Below are positions 40,894 to 49,877 of a stretch of 64,000 nt of DNA, in pieces. The DNA is taken from contig OZ244207.1 in assembly GCA_965216875.1 (NCBI GenBank), positions 1,536,001-1,600,000 of the forward strand, written 5' to 3'. The notes under the pieces are model-generated. The model was not told the DNA's origin. It ran no database searches and worked only from the letters and a program-made list of their open reading frames with translations. Each line of letters starts with the position of its first letter. The stretch's first letter is position 1. This DNA is from Rubripirellula sp. Lineage in GTDB: Bacteria > Planctomycetota > Planctomycetia > Pirellulales > Pirellulaceae. Position numbers and translations under genes: made by a program.

Positions 40894-41424
40894 ATGCAAT
40901 TTAATCTTTCGAAGATGCTTTGCGCGCCATTCCTGTTCTTGCCGATGTTCGTCGGGGTCTCGCTGGCAACAAACCCGTCTGAAGATGGCGCCATTTCTGA
41001 TGAGATGGCGCTTCAGTTCTGTGTCGCGTTCGTCACGTACACGGTCGTGTTTTGTTGGCTCGTGGTTCGAAACCTCGACCGAATCAACGCGTTCCGGCGT
41101 TTTCCCTTTCGAGGCTCTTTCCTGCTCGGGGGTATTGCCGGTTGCACCTTTGCGGTGCTGTTCGTGTTTGGATTGGTGCCGGCGGCGGTGTTGAATCACA
41201 ACCGAACCATGGTCACCGAAATTTCGTGGCGCGACCTCGTTCTGTGGCTCGCGGTCACGATTCTTTATGCAACCGCGATTTGCGCACTTGCCGGGTTCTA
41301 CATGGGCATGCTTGCCGGTGGAATCTATTGCGGTTTGCGACACTTGGTGCCGTCAAAGAGCCAAGTGGTCCCGCACTCACGACGTCCGCACGCGTGGCGC
41401 CTTGAACGCGAAAAGCGCGATTGA
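40894..41424 (+). CDS. Hypothetical membrane protein (~4 TM)
   Basis: Four hydrophobic segments; start uncertain (40870 or 40894). Confidence 0.55.
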   Translation: MQFNLSKMLCAPFLFLPMFVGVSLATNPSEDGAISDEMALQFCVAFVTYTVVFCWLVVRNLDRINAFRRFPFRGSFLLGGIAGCTFAVLFVFGLVPAAVLNHNRTMVTEISWRDLVLWLAVTILYATAICALAGFYMGMLAGGIYCGLRHLVPSKSQVVPHSRRPHAWRLEREKRD

Positions 41425-41588
41425 ACCAAAGCGCAACCGAAGTGTGTTTCCTAAGGGCGAACGATCACTGTACGCACTATCAGGTAACCGTATCGATTTG
41501 TGGTCGACGCGCGTGTGCGCGCCGAAAGCGACTATTCTGGTAGTCCCGCGACCAAACAACATGCGACGTTCCAACAGAGGGCACACTG

Positions 41589-43601
41589 ATGGCTGCAGGC
41601 GAATCGGCAATACCAGGTCATGACCGCTTTCTAGAAGACTGCCTATTCCGCAGCATGGGCAGCGAGCGCTACACGCAAAACTCGCCAATCATGCCTGGTG
41701 TTTGGATGCAGTATCGAAACGCGGGTAGCGAAAACGTCGAGCTTCTTTTTACAGCACACCGAGACAGCAATCCCGGCGAGCTCGCGCGGATTATTCGTCA
41801 GCGTTTGCAAACCTTCCGGACACGGAACGGGGAAAAGAAGCCTTCGACACCGGTGATCGCCTACAACGAGACTTCGGTTGTGGCGGAAATGTCCTTTGAC
41901 GAAATGATCCTCGTCGCTCTGCCACTTTCAAAATGGTGGGCGAAGTACGTTTTCCCAAGCGCTGAAGCGAAACAGAGTTTCGAGGAACACGTTGACCAGT
42001 ATCGAGACGATCTCGTTGCCGCACTGGAGGCGATCCGTCTGCAAATGTACGAGGGCGAGCGGCCAACCAAAAGCAAGACTTCAAAAGATCAATCGTCGTC
42101 CGAGACCAATGTGATTTCAGCCAACCTCACTTGGATGACGCTCATGGTGGGTGTCATTCGAGCAGGAATGCCATCGGGTTCGAATTGGGACGAGGCCTAC
42201 TCGGGGACGATCGCGGACAGTTTTCTCGAGCTGATGAGAGAACATCTCGCAGACTCAGAATCGACGGGCTACCTGCTTTGGAGCATCAATCCGAATCGCC
42301 GGAGCGAACCGACGCTGTATCGTTCTGTCAAAACGGTCAAGGCGGACGCGACCCAAACGTTGTTCGATGTGCGCGGCGAGAGGATACGCTGGGCGGTGAT
42401 CGATAGTGGCATCGACGCGCGACATTTTGCGTTCCGAAAAAGGGACCACAAGGGACGTGCCCTTGGGCCCAAGATCAACGGCCGCACTGCCGCGGCCGAG
42501 TTCAGTGATTTTGGGATGCCTCTGTTTGCGCCCGAAGATGAGAAGTTGCAGGGCGCGTTCGTTAAGAAATCACGGACTCGCTGGACGAACCAAACACGTA
42601 TCGTTCGGTCGTTCGACTTTCAACGAATGCGTGAAATCCTGAGCGCGTCGAGTCCGACCGAGTTGCCTGAAGGATTGGAAAAGAAAGCGAAGAAAGCTGG
42701 GATTCGTCAAGAACTCAAACTCGCTCTTAAACACAACCGAGTGCTTGATTGGGAATTGCTTGAGCCGCTGCTTGAAATCACTCACGACGATGAATACGAG
42801 CCGCCGACCCATCATCACGGCACACATGTTGCCGGGATCATTGGCGCAGATTGGCGCGAAGGCGAACATTCGCAAAGTCCAGAGGGCACGCGCTCTGGCG
42901 TGGCACCTGCGATCGAGATCTATGACCTCAGAGCACTCGATCAGAATGGCGTGGGCGACGAGTTTTCGATTCTCGCCGCGATGCAGTACGTGCGTAGCTT
43001 GAACGCTCGCAACAATCAAATGCAGATTCATGGAGTCAATATCAGCATCTCGATTCTGCACGCGGTTGCCGCCTACGGATGCGGACGCACGCCCATTTGC
43101 AACGAAGCCGAACGGCTGGTCGGTTCCGGCGTGGTTGTGGTCGCTGCGGCCGGCAACCGTGGACGCAGCATCTACACAACCACCGCAAATACTCAAGATG
43201 AAGGCTACCGCGATATCAGCATCACCGACCCAGGAAATGCCGAAGCGGTGATTACGGTTGGTTCAACCCATCGATACAAACCTCATAGCTACGGCGTCAG
43301 CTACTTTTCCAGTCGCGGTCCGACGGGCGATGGGCGCATCAAACCCGACCTCGTTGCACCAGGCGAAAAGATCTACTCGACCATTCCAAACAACGACGAG
43401 AAAGAGCTCGACGGGACAAGCATGGCCGCGCCGCATGTCAGTGGTGCGGCCGCCTTGCTGATGCAGCGTCACAACGAGCTGATCGGCCAACCGGAACGCA
43501 TCAAAGAGATCCTGTGCGACTCCGCGACCGACTTGGGACGCGAACGCTATTTCCAAGGTGCCGGCATGCTCGACATCTTACGTGCGTTGCAATCCGTCTG
43601 A
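41589..43601 (+). CDS. S8 (subtilisin-like) serine peptidase with no signal peptide and a long N-terminal extension
   Basis: Catalytic triad AVIDSG, HGTHVAGII, GTSMAAPHVSG; oxyanion AAAGN; FSSRGPTGDGRIKPDLVAPG. Confidence 0.95.
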   Translation: MAAGESAIPGHDRFLEDCLFRSMGSERYTQNSPIMPGVWMQYRNAGSENVELLFTAHRDSNPGELARIIRQRLQTFRTRNGEKKPSTPVIAYNETSVVAEMSFDEMILVALPLSKWWAKYVFPSAEAKQSFEEHVDQYRDDLVAALEAIRLQMYEGERPTKSKTSKDQSSSETNVISANLTWMTLMVGVIRAGMPSGSNWDEAYSGTIADSFLELMREHLADSESTGYLLWSINPNRRSEPTLYRSVKTVKADATQTLFDVRGERIRWAVIDSGIDARHFAFRKRDHKGRALGPKINGRTAAAEFSDFGMPLFAPEDEKLQGAFVKKSRTRWTNQTRIVRSFDFQRMREILSASSPTELPEGLEKKAKKAGIRQELKLALKHNRVLDWELLEPLLEITHDDEYEPPTHHHGTHVAGIIGADWREGEHSQSPEGTRSGVAPAIEIYDLRALDQNGVGDEFSILAAMQYVRSLNARNNQMQIHGVNISISILHAVAAYGCGRTPICNEAERLVGSGVVVVAAAGNRGRSIYTTTANTQDEGYRDISITDPGNAEAVITVGSTHRYKPHSYGVSYFSSRGPTGDGRIKPDLVAPGEKIYSTIPNNDEKELDGTSMAAPHVSGAAALLMQRHNELIGQPERIKEILCDSATDLGRERYFQGAGMLDILRALQSV

Positions 43602-43651
43602 GCCTATCTCGAACAATCATCTCACTCGCAGAACAATTGGGGAGTTCTAAC

Positions 43652-44896
43652 ATGGTCTTCAAACTCGAAGCGGTCTATGCGTTTCATGGCGACTCGCTGC
43701 TTTTGCACTATGGGTCTGACGATCCGCATCCAAGCTTGATCATGATCGACGGCGGCGCTAGGGGAACGTATCGCAACTTTCTCAAGCCGCGACTTGAGGA
43801 ACTGCAAGATCAGTGGGACGTCGATACCTTGCCGATGAAGATGATCATGGTGAGCCACACCGATTCGGATCACATCGCCGGCGTGCTCGATCTTTTTAAG
43901 GAACTGAAAAACAACGATGGCGAACCGCCAATCTGTCAAGCGGAAACACTGTGGCACAATGCATTTGATGACGTGATCGGGAACGACGACGAGGAGTTGA
44001 TTTCGAATTTGGTCGCTGATCCAGGCGATGTCGATCACGATGAGCGACCCGATCATGAGATTGAGGCGGTTGTCGCAAGCGTCAAGCAGGGGCGGGATCT
44101 GCGGATCGACGCGTCAACCTTGGCGATGAATATTAATCACCCTTTCACCAAACCTGATGGGACGGCGGGGCTCGTTCTGGCAAAGAATGCCCTCATCGAC
44201 CAAGGCGAAGAGCTGACGTTTCAAGTCCTTGGGCCAAACGAAAAGTTGGTCGCCAAGTACCAAGAAAAGTGGAACAAGTTTCTCAAAGACAAAGGACTCG
44301 CCGAAGCTCAGGCGGCATCGTTCAAGGACCCTTCGGCTTTCAATTTGGCCAGCATCGTCGTGCTTGCCAAACTCAACAATCGAACGATGTTGTTGACCGG
44401 TGATGCACGGGGAGACTTTATCGTCAACGGTCTCGTAGACGCCGGGCTGCTTGAGGAGGAATCGCGGTATCCGCTCAAAGAAGACCACGGTCGACGTTGG
44501 CGAGCCAAGGTTCGCGAAGCTGAAGCACGCGAGATCACCAAGCCGCTTCACGTTGACCTGATGAAGATGCCGCACCATGGCAGTGCGAACAATGTTGAGC
44601 GTGGCTTCTTCAAGCGAGTCACCGCCGATCATTATCTCTTTTCGGGAAATGGAAATCATCACAATCCCGATCCCGCAACGTTGCGGATGATCGCAGCCGC
44701 TCGCGGCGAGGATAAGTACACGGTTCATTTCACGGTCGCAAAGGACCAGCACGAGACAGAACGCAACGACAAGTTTGCTCGCGCGTTGGAAGAGCTGCGT
44801 CACTGGGTCACCGACGAGAAACCGGACAATTGCACGGTCAAGTATCGTGGCAAGCACCAACGCTCGATCACGGTTGATCTTTCCGACGACGAATGA
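43652..44896 (+). CDS. Soluble MBL-fold metallo-hydrolase (ComEC/Rec2 / Avs1a-like)
   Basis: HGDSLLL, IDGG, SHTDSDHIAG, NLASIV, LLTGDA, MKMPHHGS, SGNGNHHNP; GGAG RBS; no TM or signal peptide. Confidence 0.88.
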   Translation: MVFKLEAVYAFHGDSLLLHYGSDDPHPSLIMIDGGARGTYRNFLKPRLEELQDQWDVDTLPMKMIMVSHTDSDHIAGVLDLFKELKNNDGEPPICQAETLWHNAFDDVIGNDDEELISNLVADPGDVDHDERPDHEIEAVVASVKQGRDLRIDASTLAMNINHPFTKPDGTAGLVLAKNALIDQGEELTFQVLGPNEKLVAKYQEKWNKFLKDKGLAEAQAASFKDPSAFNLASIVVLAKLNNRTMLLTGDARGDFIVNGLVDAGLLEEESRYPLKEDHGRRWRAKVREAEAREITKPLHVDLMKMPHHGSANNVERGFFKRVTADHYLFSGNGNHHNPDPATLRMIAAARGEDKYTVHFTVAKDQHETERNDKFARALEELRHWVTDEKPDNCTVKYRGKHQRSITVDLSDDE

Positions 44897-45017
44897 TCCT
44901 AGGCGGTGGCATTTGCGTGTCGGGCCCGCGACAATGGCGGGCCCACCCTCAATGCAAAGCTCAGGTCTGTGATGCTGCTTTGCTTGAACGTACACCCACC
45001 TTCCAAGGATTCACTTC

Positions 45018-46370
45018 GTGCGCCAGCTTCTTGTTCTGTCCTTAGTCATTTGCTTCGCCGCCCAAGCCTATGCCGACTCGGCGGGGCGCCCCAACGTCGT
45101 CATCATCTACACCGACGACCAGGGCAGTCTCGATTTGAATTGCTACGGTTCCAAGGATTTGGCTACCCCGCACCTGGATCGGCTAGCAAGTGAAGGTGTG
45201 CGAATGACGAAAATGTATTCGCCTTCAGCGATCTGCTCGGCATCACGCGCGGGGTTGATGACTGGACGATTCCCGGCACGCGCGGGTGTTCCCGGCAATG
45301 TCTCTTCGGCTCATGGCCATGCGGGGATGCCGGCAAGCGAAATCACCATCGCGGAACTATTGAAGTCAGCCGGCTACGCCACCGGGCATGTTGGCAAATG
45401 GCATCTTGGCTACACCCCCGAAACGATGCCAAACGGTCAAGGATTCGACGAATCATTTGGACACATGGGTGGCTGTATCGACAACTTCTCACACTTCTTC
45501 TATTGGAACGGTCCGAATCGGCATGATCTTTGGCGAAACGGCAAAGAGGTCTTTATGGACGGACGCTTCTTCCTTGACTTGATGGTGGAAGAGGGGCATC
45601 GGTTCATCAAGGACAACCAGGACAAGCCGTTCTTTTTGTATTGGGCCATCAATGCACCCCACTACCCGATGCAGGGAACATCAAAGTGGCGCCAGCACTA
45701 CAAGGACTTGCCCTCTCCGAGACGCCAGTACGCTGAATTCGTTTCGACCGTGGATGAAAAGGTCGGTGCACTCGTTGGCAAGCTTGATGAACTTGGACTG
45801 CGCGAGAACACGCTGATCATATTCCAGTCTGACCATGGGCATTCTACGGAAGAACGCGCCTTTTGGGGTGGCGGCAATGCGGGGCCCTATCGCGGCGCCA
45901 AGGCTTGCCTTTTCGAAGGCGGATTGCGTGTTCCTTCGATCGCATCCATGCCCGGAACGATTCCGCAGGGGCAAGTACGTGATCAATTGGCTACCGGCTG
46001 CGATTGGTATCCCACCATCGCAAAACTCTGTGGCGTCGATTTGCCCTCGCGAACCTACGATGGCCGTGACCTCACCGATGTGCTCAAGTCTGCGAAAGCG
46101 GAAACGCCTCACGACCACTTCTTTTGGCTCATGGGGCATGGAAAGAACGCACAATGGGCCGTTCAGCAAGGCGATTGGAAATTGCTGGGCAATCCAGTCG
46201 ATCGAACAGACCGGCGCAAGAATGTCAAACTCGACAAAGTGTTTCTTGCAAACCTCTCGAGCGATATTGGCGAAACAACCAACGTTGCCACCAAGAATCC
46301 CGAAGTTGTGCAGCGATTGCAGGCGATCGCCGACTCACATCGCAGCGGTATTGATTCAGCGCATGATTGA
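45018..46370 (+). CDS. Arylsulfatase (formylglycine-dependent)
   Basis: Signal peptide; RPNVVIIYTDD, CSASRAGLMTGR, GKWHLG, SDHG. Confidence 0.95.
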   Translation: MRQLLVLSLVICFAAQAYADSAGRPNVVIIYTDDQGSLDLNCYGSKDLATPHLDRLASEGVRMTKMYSPSAICSASRAGLMTGRFPARAGVPGNVSSAHGHAGMPASEITIAELLKSAGYATGHVGKWHLGYTPETMPNGQGFDESFGHMGGCIDNFSHFFYWNGPNRHDLWRNGKEVFMDGRFFLDLMVEEGHRFIKDNQDKPFFLYWAINAPHYPMQGTSKWRQHYKDLPSPRRQYAEFVSTVDEKVGALVGKLDELGLRENTLIIFQSDHGHSTEERAFWGGGNAGPYRGAKACLFEGGLRVPSIASMPGTIPQGQVRDQLATGCDWYPTIAKLCGVDLPSRTYDGRDLTDVLKSAKAETPHDHFFWLMGHGKNAQWAVQQGDWKLLGNPVDRTDRRKNVKLDKVFLANLSSDIGETTNVATKNPEVVQRLQAIADSHRSGIDSAHD

Positions 46371-46446
46371 AATGGCAGTTGAGACGGCCACGGGAGTGCG
46401 TGGGATGCGTGGGAAATAACGATCGAGTGCTGGTAGAGAACCGCAG

Positions 46447-46526
46447 GCTATCGCGTTCCGGCTGATGTTTGAGGTGTTGCCACTTAATCTGCACGCTATC
46501 GCGTTTCGGCTGATGTTTGAGGTGTT
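46447..46526. repeat. 32-bp direct repeat, two copies (period 48), REP-like
   Basis: GCTATCGCGTT(C/T)CGGCTGATGTTTGAGGTGTT at 46447-46478 and 46495-46526. Confidence 0.8.
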
Positions 46527-46983
46527 ACTGATTGAACATCGCGTCGAAGCGTTGCTGCATTTCCTCGCGCGAAACTGACTCGATTTGATGCCCCAATAGC
46601 CATTCGTGCCCGAACGGGTCACGAAGCCGGGCGGTACGTTCGCCGTAGAATTGGTCTTTTGGTGGTGCGAGTACGGTGGCGCCGGCCGATTCGGCACGCG
46701 CCGCGACTGCATCAACATCATCGACGTGCAGATGGATCGCACTGCCGGTCGGTCGGTCAGGATTGGGCGCGTGAATGCCATACTCGGGGTAGGCGTCTGA
46801 AACCATGACCGTTGTGTCGCCAAACTTGAGTTCCGCATGACCCACTCGGCCGCTTGGCTCGGAGAGCCGAAAGTCTTCGACGGCTCCAAACGCTGCTGCG
46901 TAGAACTTGATTGCCTCATTGGCGTCCCGTGTTCGCAGATAGGGAAACACCTCGCGAACGTTCACGTTGTTGGGAGTGTCCAT
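46525..46983 (-). CDS. VOC/glyoxalase (PhnB-like) protein
   Basis: PYLRTRDANEAIKFY..AFGA, HAELKFGD, DQFYGERTARLRDPFGHEW. Confidence 0.9.
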   Translation of the reverse strand: MDTPNNVNVREVFPYLRTRDANEAIKFYAAAFGAVEDFRLSEPSGRVGHAELKFGDTTVMVSDAYPEYGIHAPNPDRPTGSAIHLHVDDVDAVAARAESAGATVLAPPKDQFYGERTARLRDPFGHEWLLGHQIESVSREEMQQRFDAMFNQ

Positions 46984-47146
46984 CAGGAAAGCCCGAGTTT
47001 TCGCTTCAAGAGAGTAGGGTGCGGTTCGACGACCGCTATTGTATGCAGCCGGGACAACGTGCTGTTGGGTAGAATAGGGCGGCTCTTCCACGTACCGGAA
47101 TCAAGTCGTGAGCAAACCTTTGTGATCTTCCCCGTTTCCCTTTGCC

Positions 47147-47908
47147 GTGTCCGACGACGAGGCGGCAATGGTCAAGGCGATCGTCGGCAGTGAATCTCCG
47201 CTGGACGCTCATCGCTCGCGCTTGATCTACGCCGATTGGCTCGAAGACCAGGGTGATGGGCGCGCGGAATACTTGCACGCTGAGTGCACGGTCGCCGAGA
47301 TGCTTCGAGGTAAACGCTCTTCCAACGAGCAGGGGGAAATCTACGCAAAGGCAATCGAGCAGGTGATCCGGCAAACGGAGATTGCCAGCCCCGAATGGAT
47401 CGAGCACGTTGGCGGGAGGTTTGATCCAACCCTGTTCGAATTGGACGAACGCAGGGTCCACGCGTGCCGTGCTTGGATCACCATGACCGGCGCCACGCTA
47501 ATGAAGGCGAAGCAGTCGGTCGAGACTGCGCCCACCAAGGTCAAGTCGGCCGTCACGCTACCGGAAGCACTGCGAGTCTGCAGCCAGTTTGACGTTGAAG
47601 TCGGTTTAGGGCACTGCAAAATCGTTCTCGCGGAAGAGGGCGCGATCACGGCGCCTCCGGACAGTTTCGAGCACCCCAAGCGTTTTGGCCTGGTACTTGA
47701 GAAACACACCTCACGCTACATCGACGCTGTGACCGCTTTGGTTGACCGTGCAAACTTGAGCCCTGAGAAAGCGCATAAGGTGATTCGATCCGTTCCCTCT
47801 GTCGTCAAATCAGGCCTTGATCGTGACGCTGTCGAGCGGTTTGCCAATAGTATTCGAAACGGTCTTCGCGGCCCCCGGATTTGTTTCCTCTATTCCGTTG
47901 ACGAATAA
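47147..47908 (+). CDS. TIGR02996 domain protein with two ribosomal L7/L12 CTD-like domains
   Basis: RLIYADWLEDQGDGRAEYL; TGATLMKAKQSVETAPTKVKSAV and ANLSPEKAHKVIRSVPSVVKSGL resemble L7/L12 [23 protein letters not shown]. Confidence 0.75.
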   Translation: MSDDEAAMVKAIVGSESPLDAHRSRLIYADWLEDQGDGRAEYLHAECTVAEMLRGKRSSNEQGEIYAKAIEQVIRQTEIASPEWIEHVGGRFDPTLFELDERRVHACRAWITMTGATLMKAKQSVETAPTKVKSAVTLPEALRVCSQFDVEVGLGHCKIVLAEEGAITAPPDSFEHPKRFGLVLEKHTSRYIDAVTALVDRANLSPEKAHKVIRSVPSVVKSGLDRDAVERFANSIRNGLRGPRICFLYSVDE

Positions 47909-47955
47909 CGTTGTTTCAATTCGATCAATCAACGTATGGAACATTGCCGTGAGCA

Positions 47956-49443
47956 CTACAGGTATTGTGGAAGCTGCAAGCCTTCACGTTGAGCCCAAAT
48001 GTTGACGACCCGAAGTTCAGACGTCTTGGGCAAACGATTACCCCGCCCCCGTACCTGGCGAATACGTTGCGTGCGGTTACAGACTTCGATGGTGAGTACA
48101 CGTCGGCGGCGATCTTCTCTCTGGACTCCCACCGACCAAATCGACGTCGCACCTCCCGCGCAAGCACGGTCATAAGACGCCACACAGTGGCGCAGTGCCT
48201 GGCCCTCGACGTGCAGTTCTTGCGACGACAACAGTTCGACGATACTCCAATGTTCGGTCTCGCCGGTGATTGGGTCCGTTTCGCAATGTTCGACCGGTTC
48301 AATCCCGGTCGGCTGCCAAGCCAAACGGCCGTTCGTTTTGCTCTTGCGCAAGTCGCCGTGCCACTGATTCATTTTGCGCAAAAGGCCCGATGCCGTTCGT
48401 CCTTCCATCGTGAACGCTTTTCCGGTCACCTCGTTCTCCGGGAAACGTTCCGCTTCGAATCGACGCATGCGGAGGTAATCAAGCAGCGGTGATACCTGCC
48501 CCGGATCAAACATCGGTGCGGCAGCAAGAAGGGACCAAACGGTATCCCAAAAGTCATCGTTCGCAAAATCGGTTGCGGCACAGGAACCAAGCACGTCACG
48601 AGCCGTGCGATTGGAGCACCCGGCACCTCGAAGTTGTCCCCAACGCAACGCAGAAAGGACGGTGTAGTCTTCCGGTGCGCTCAGGAAGTAACGTGTCCCT
48701 TTGCGCGTTAGCTTTGCAGGTAGATCGAGCTTGCGCAAACTCTCGCCCGCGCCGATTCGTATCATCAACCGCTGCAATCGCATCGCCATATCGTCGTTGG
48801 GCTCGAACCAAACGGAATCAAGGAACGCGGGTGTGGGGTACTTTGCGAAGAGGTGCTGAGAGAGCGAGCGGAACTGACGTTTCACGTTACGAGAGTCAAC
48901 GCGCCAATCGTTTAGGGGACGCAACCATTCGGCGTGATGTTGTGCGATTCGAGCGAGCGCCGCGACGTAATGGTTGTTTGGCTCGTGCGGCAGGCCTGGA
49001 TGCACTTGGTGCGTTGAAATGAGACTCCCACGCGGCCGCGATTGGCTCCGTAGACACCGAAGCAGCAATTGCTCGAATGCACTCTTGGTCGTGGGGCAGG
49101 CGATACGATTAGCATATTGCCTGACCGCAATCAGATGGGGCGAGGAGAGAGCCTCCTCGGAAATGTCGCCTGCGAAGATTTGGCGAATTGTGTCTCGCGG
49201 GTGTTTTGATTGGCGTTTCTTGTTGGCCAATCGTGAGCCGATGTTGGTTTGTGATGCAGCGTAGCGTTCTTTGCATCGGCTGCGCCAGTGCTTCTTGACC
49301 TTCGGACTGAAGCCGTGGTCGATGCACCAGCGAATGTATTGGTCAATCGTTTCGAGCCCTAACGCTTCGAGGTGCGGTCGAAGTTCAGGGTCACGTTGAA
49401 GCAGATCAGTTTGTTCTTCTTGAGAGAGAGTTTCGGTAGGCAT
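47956..49443 (-). CDS. PcfJ domain-containing protein
   Basis: HLFAKYPTPAFLD.VW, ALRWGQ, FTMEGRT...WH, ELLSSQELHVEGQALRHCVASY, TIEV...IRQVRGRGN. Confidence 0.85.
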   Translation of the reverse strand: MPTETLSQEEQTDLLQRDPELRPHLEALGLETIDQYIRWCIDHGFSPKVKKHWRSRCKERYAASQTNIGSRLANKKRQSKHPRDTIRQIFAGDISEEALSSPHLIAVRQYANRIACPTTKSAFEQLLLRCLRSQSRPRGSLISTHQVHPGLPHEPNNHYVAALARIAQHHAEWLRPLNDWRVDSRNVKRQFRSLSQHLFAKYPTPAFLDSVWFEPNDDMAMRLQRLMIRIGAGESLRKLDLPAKLTRKGTRYFLSAPEDYTVLSALRWGQLRGAGCSNRTARDVLGSCAATDFANDDFWDTVWSLLAAAPMFDPGQVSPLLDYLRMRRFEAERFPENEVTGKAFTMEGRTASGLLRKMNQWHGDLRKSKTNGRLAWQPTGIEPVEHCETDPITGETEHWSIVELLSSQELHVEGQALRHCVASYDRACAGGATSIWSVGVQREDRRRRVLTIEVCNRTQRIRQVRGRGNRLPKTSELRVVNIWAQREGLQLPQYL

Positions 49444-49877
49444 CAAGGCACTGCGTCATCGAGTTTGCTTGTTTGAGAATTCGTTGAGAGCGGATGACGA
49501 CACGGGAACAGAGTGATTGGTTGTAGGAGTGCATGACTACGATCCAGGTAAGAGGCCGGGGGTTGATGAGATGCCGATTGCTTGAGCGTCAGGCGGAAAA
49601 GCAGGTTGGTTGCGGGCAATCTGACCCGTTGACGCCGGTGTGCTGTGGCGGCTGGGGCCTATCGCAAGCGGGGCGATGGCTCGCTCTGACAGACACCTCA
49701 TTGGCTGGCAGGTTCGGAACTAGCGGAGGAGCGAGAACTTTTTTCGGATCGTTGACTTGTCAATCGGAACGTTCGCGCTTTAATGCCCTGAATGTTTCGA
49801 ACGCATCTGGCCAGAGTTCGTCAACCGTACACCTTCCGACTGAATTCCAAAACTCAGAGATTTGAGGTCTTTCCCAA

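Noticed and set aside
43514..43651. Extended ORF-track starts (also 6567, 11391, 20554, 26082, 40071, 47091, 58073)
   Set aside because: They overlap neighbouring genes or terminators; downstream starts have an RBS, translational coupling or family-typical N-termini
41589..44896. Assignment to IetAS or AVAST type 1
   Set aside because: No adjacent AAA or STAND ATPase, and the protease is S8 rather than trypsin-like
43652..44896. ComEC competence protein or beta-lactamase
   Set aside because: No TM competence domain, no signal peptide and no competence genes nearby
46447..46526. Possible mini-CRISPR (32-bp repeats)
   Set aside because: Only two copies, a 16-bp spacer and no cas genes; resembles a duplicated REP arm
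47956..49443. Prophage or conjugative element suggested by PcfJ
   Set aside because: No integrase, structural or transfer genes in the window
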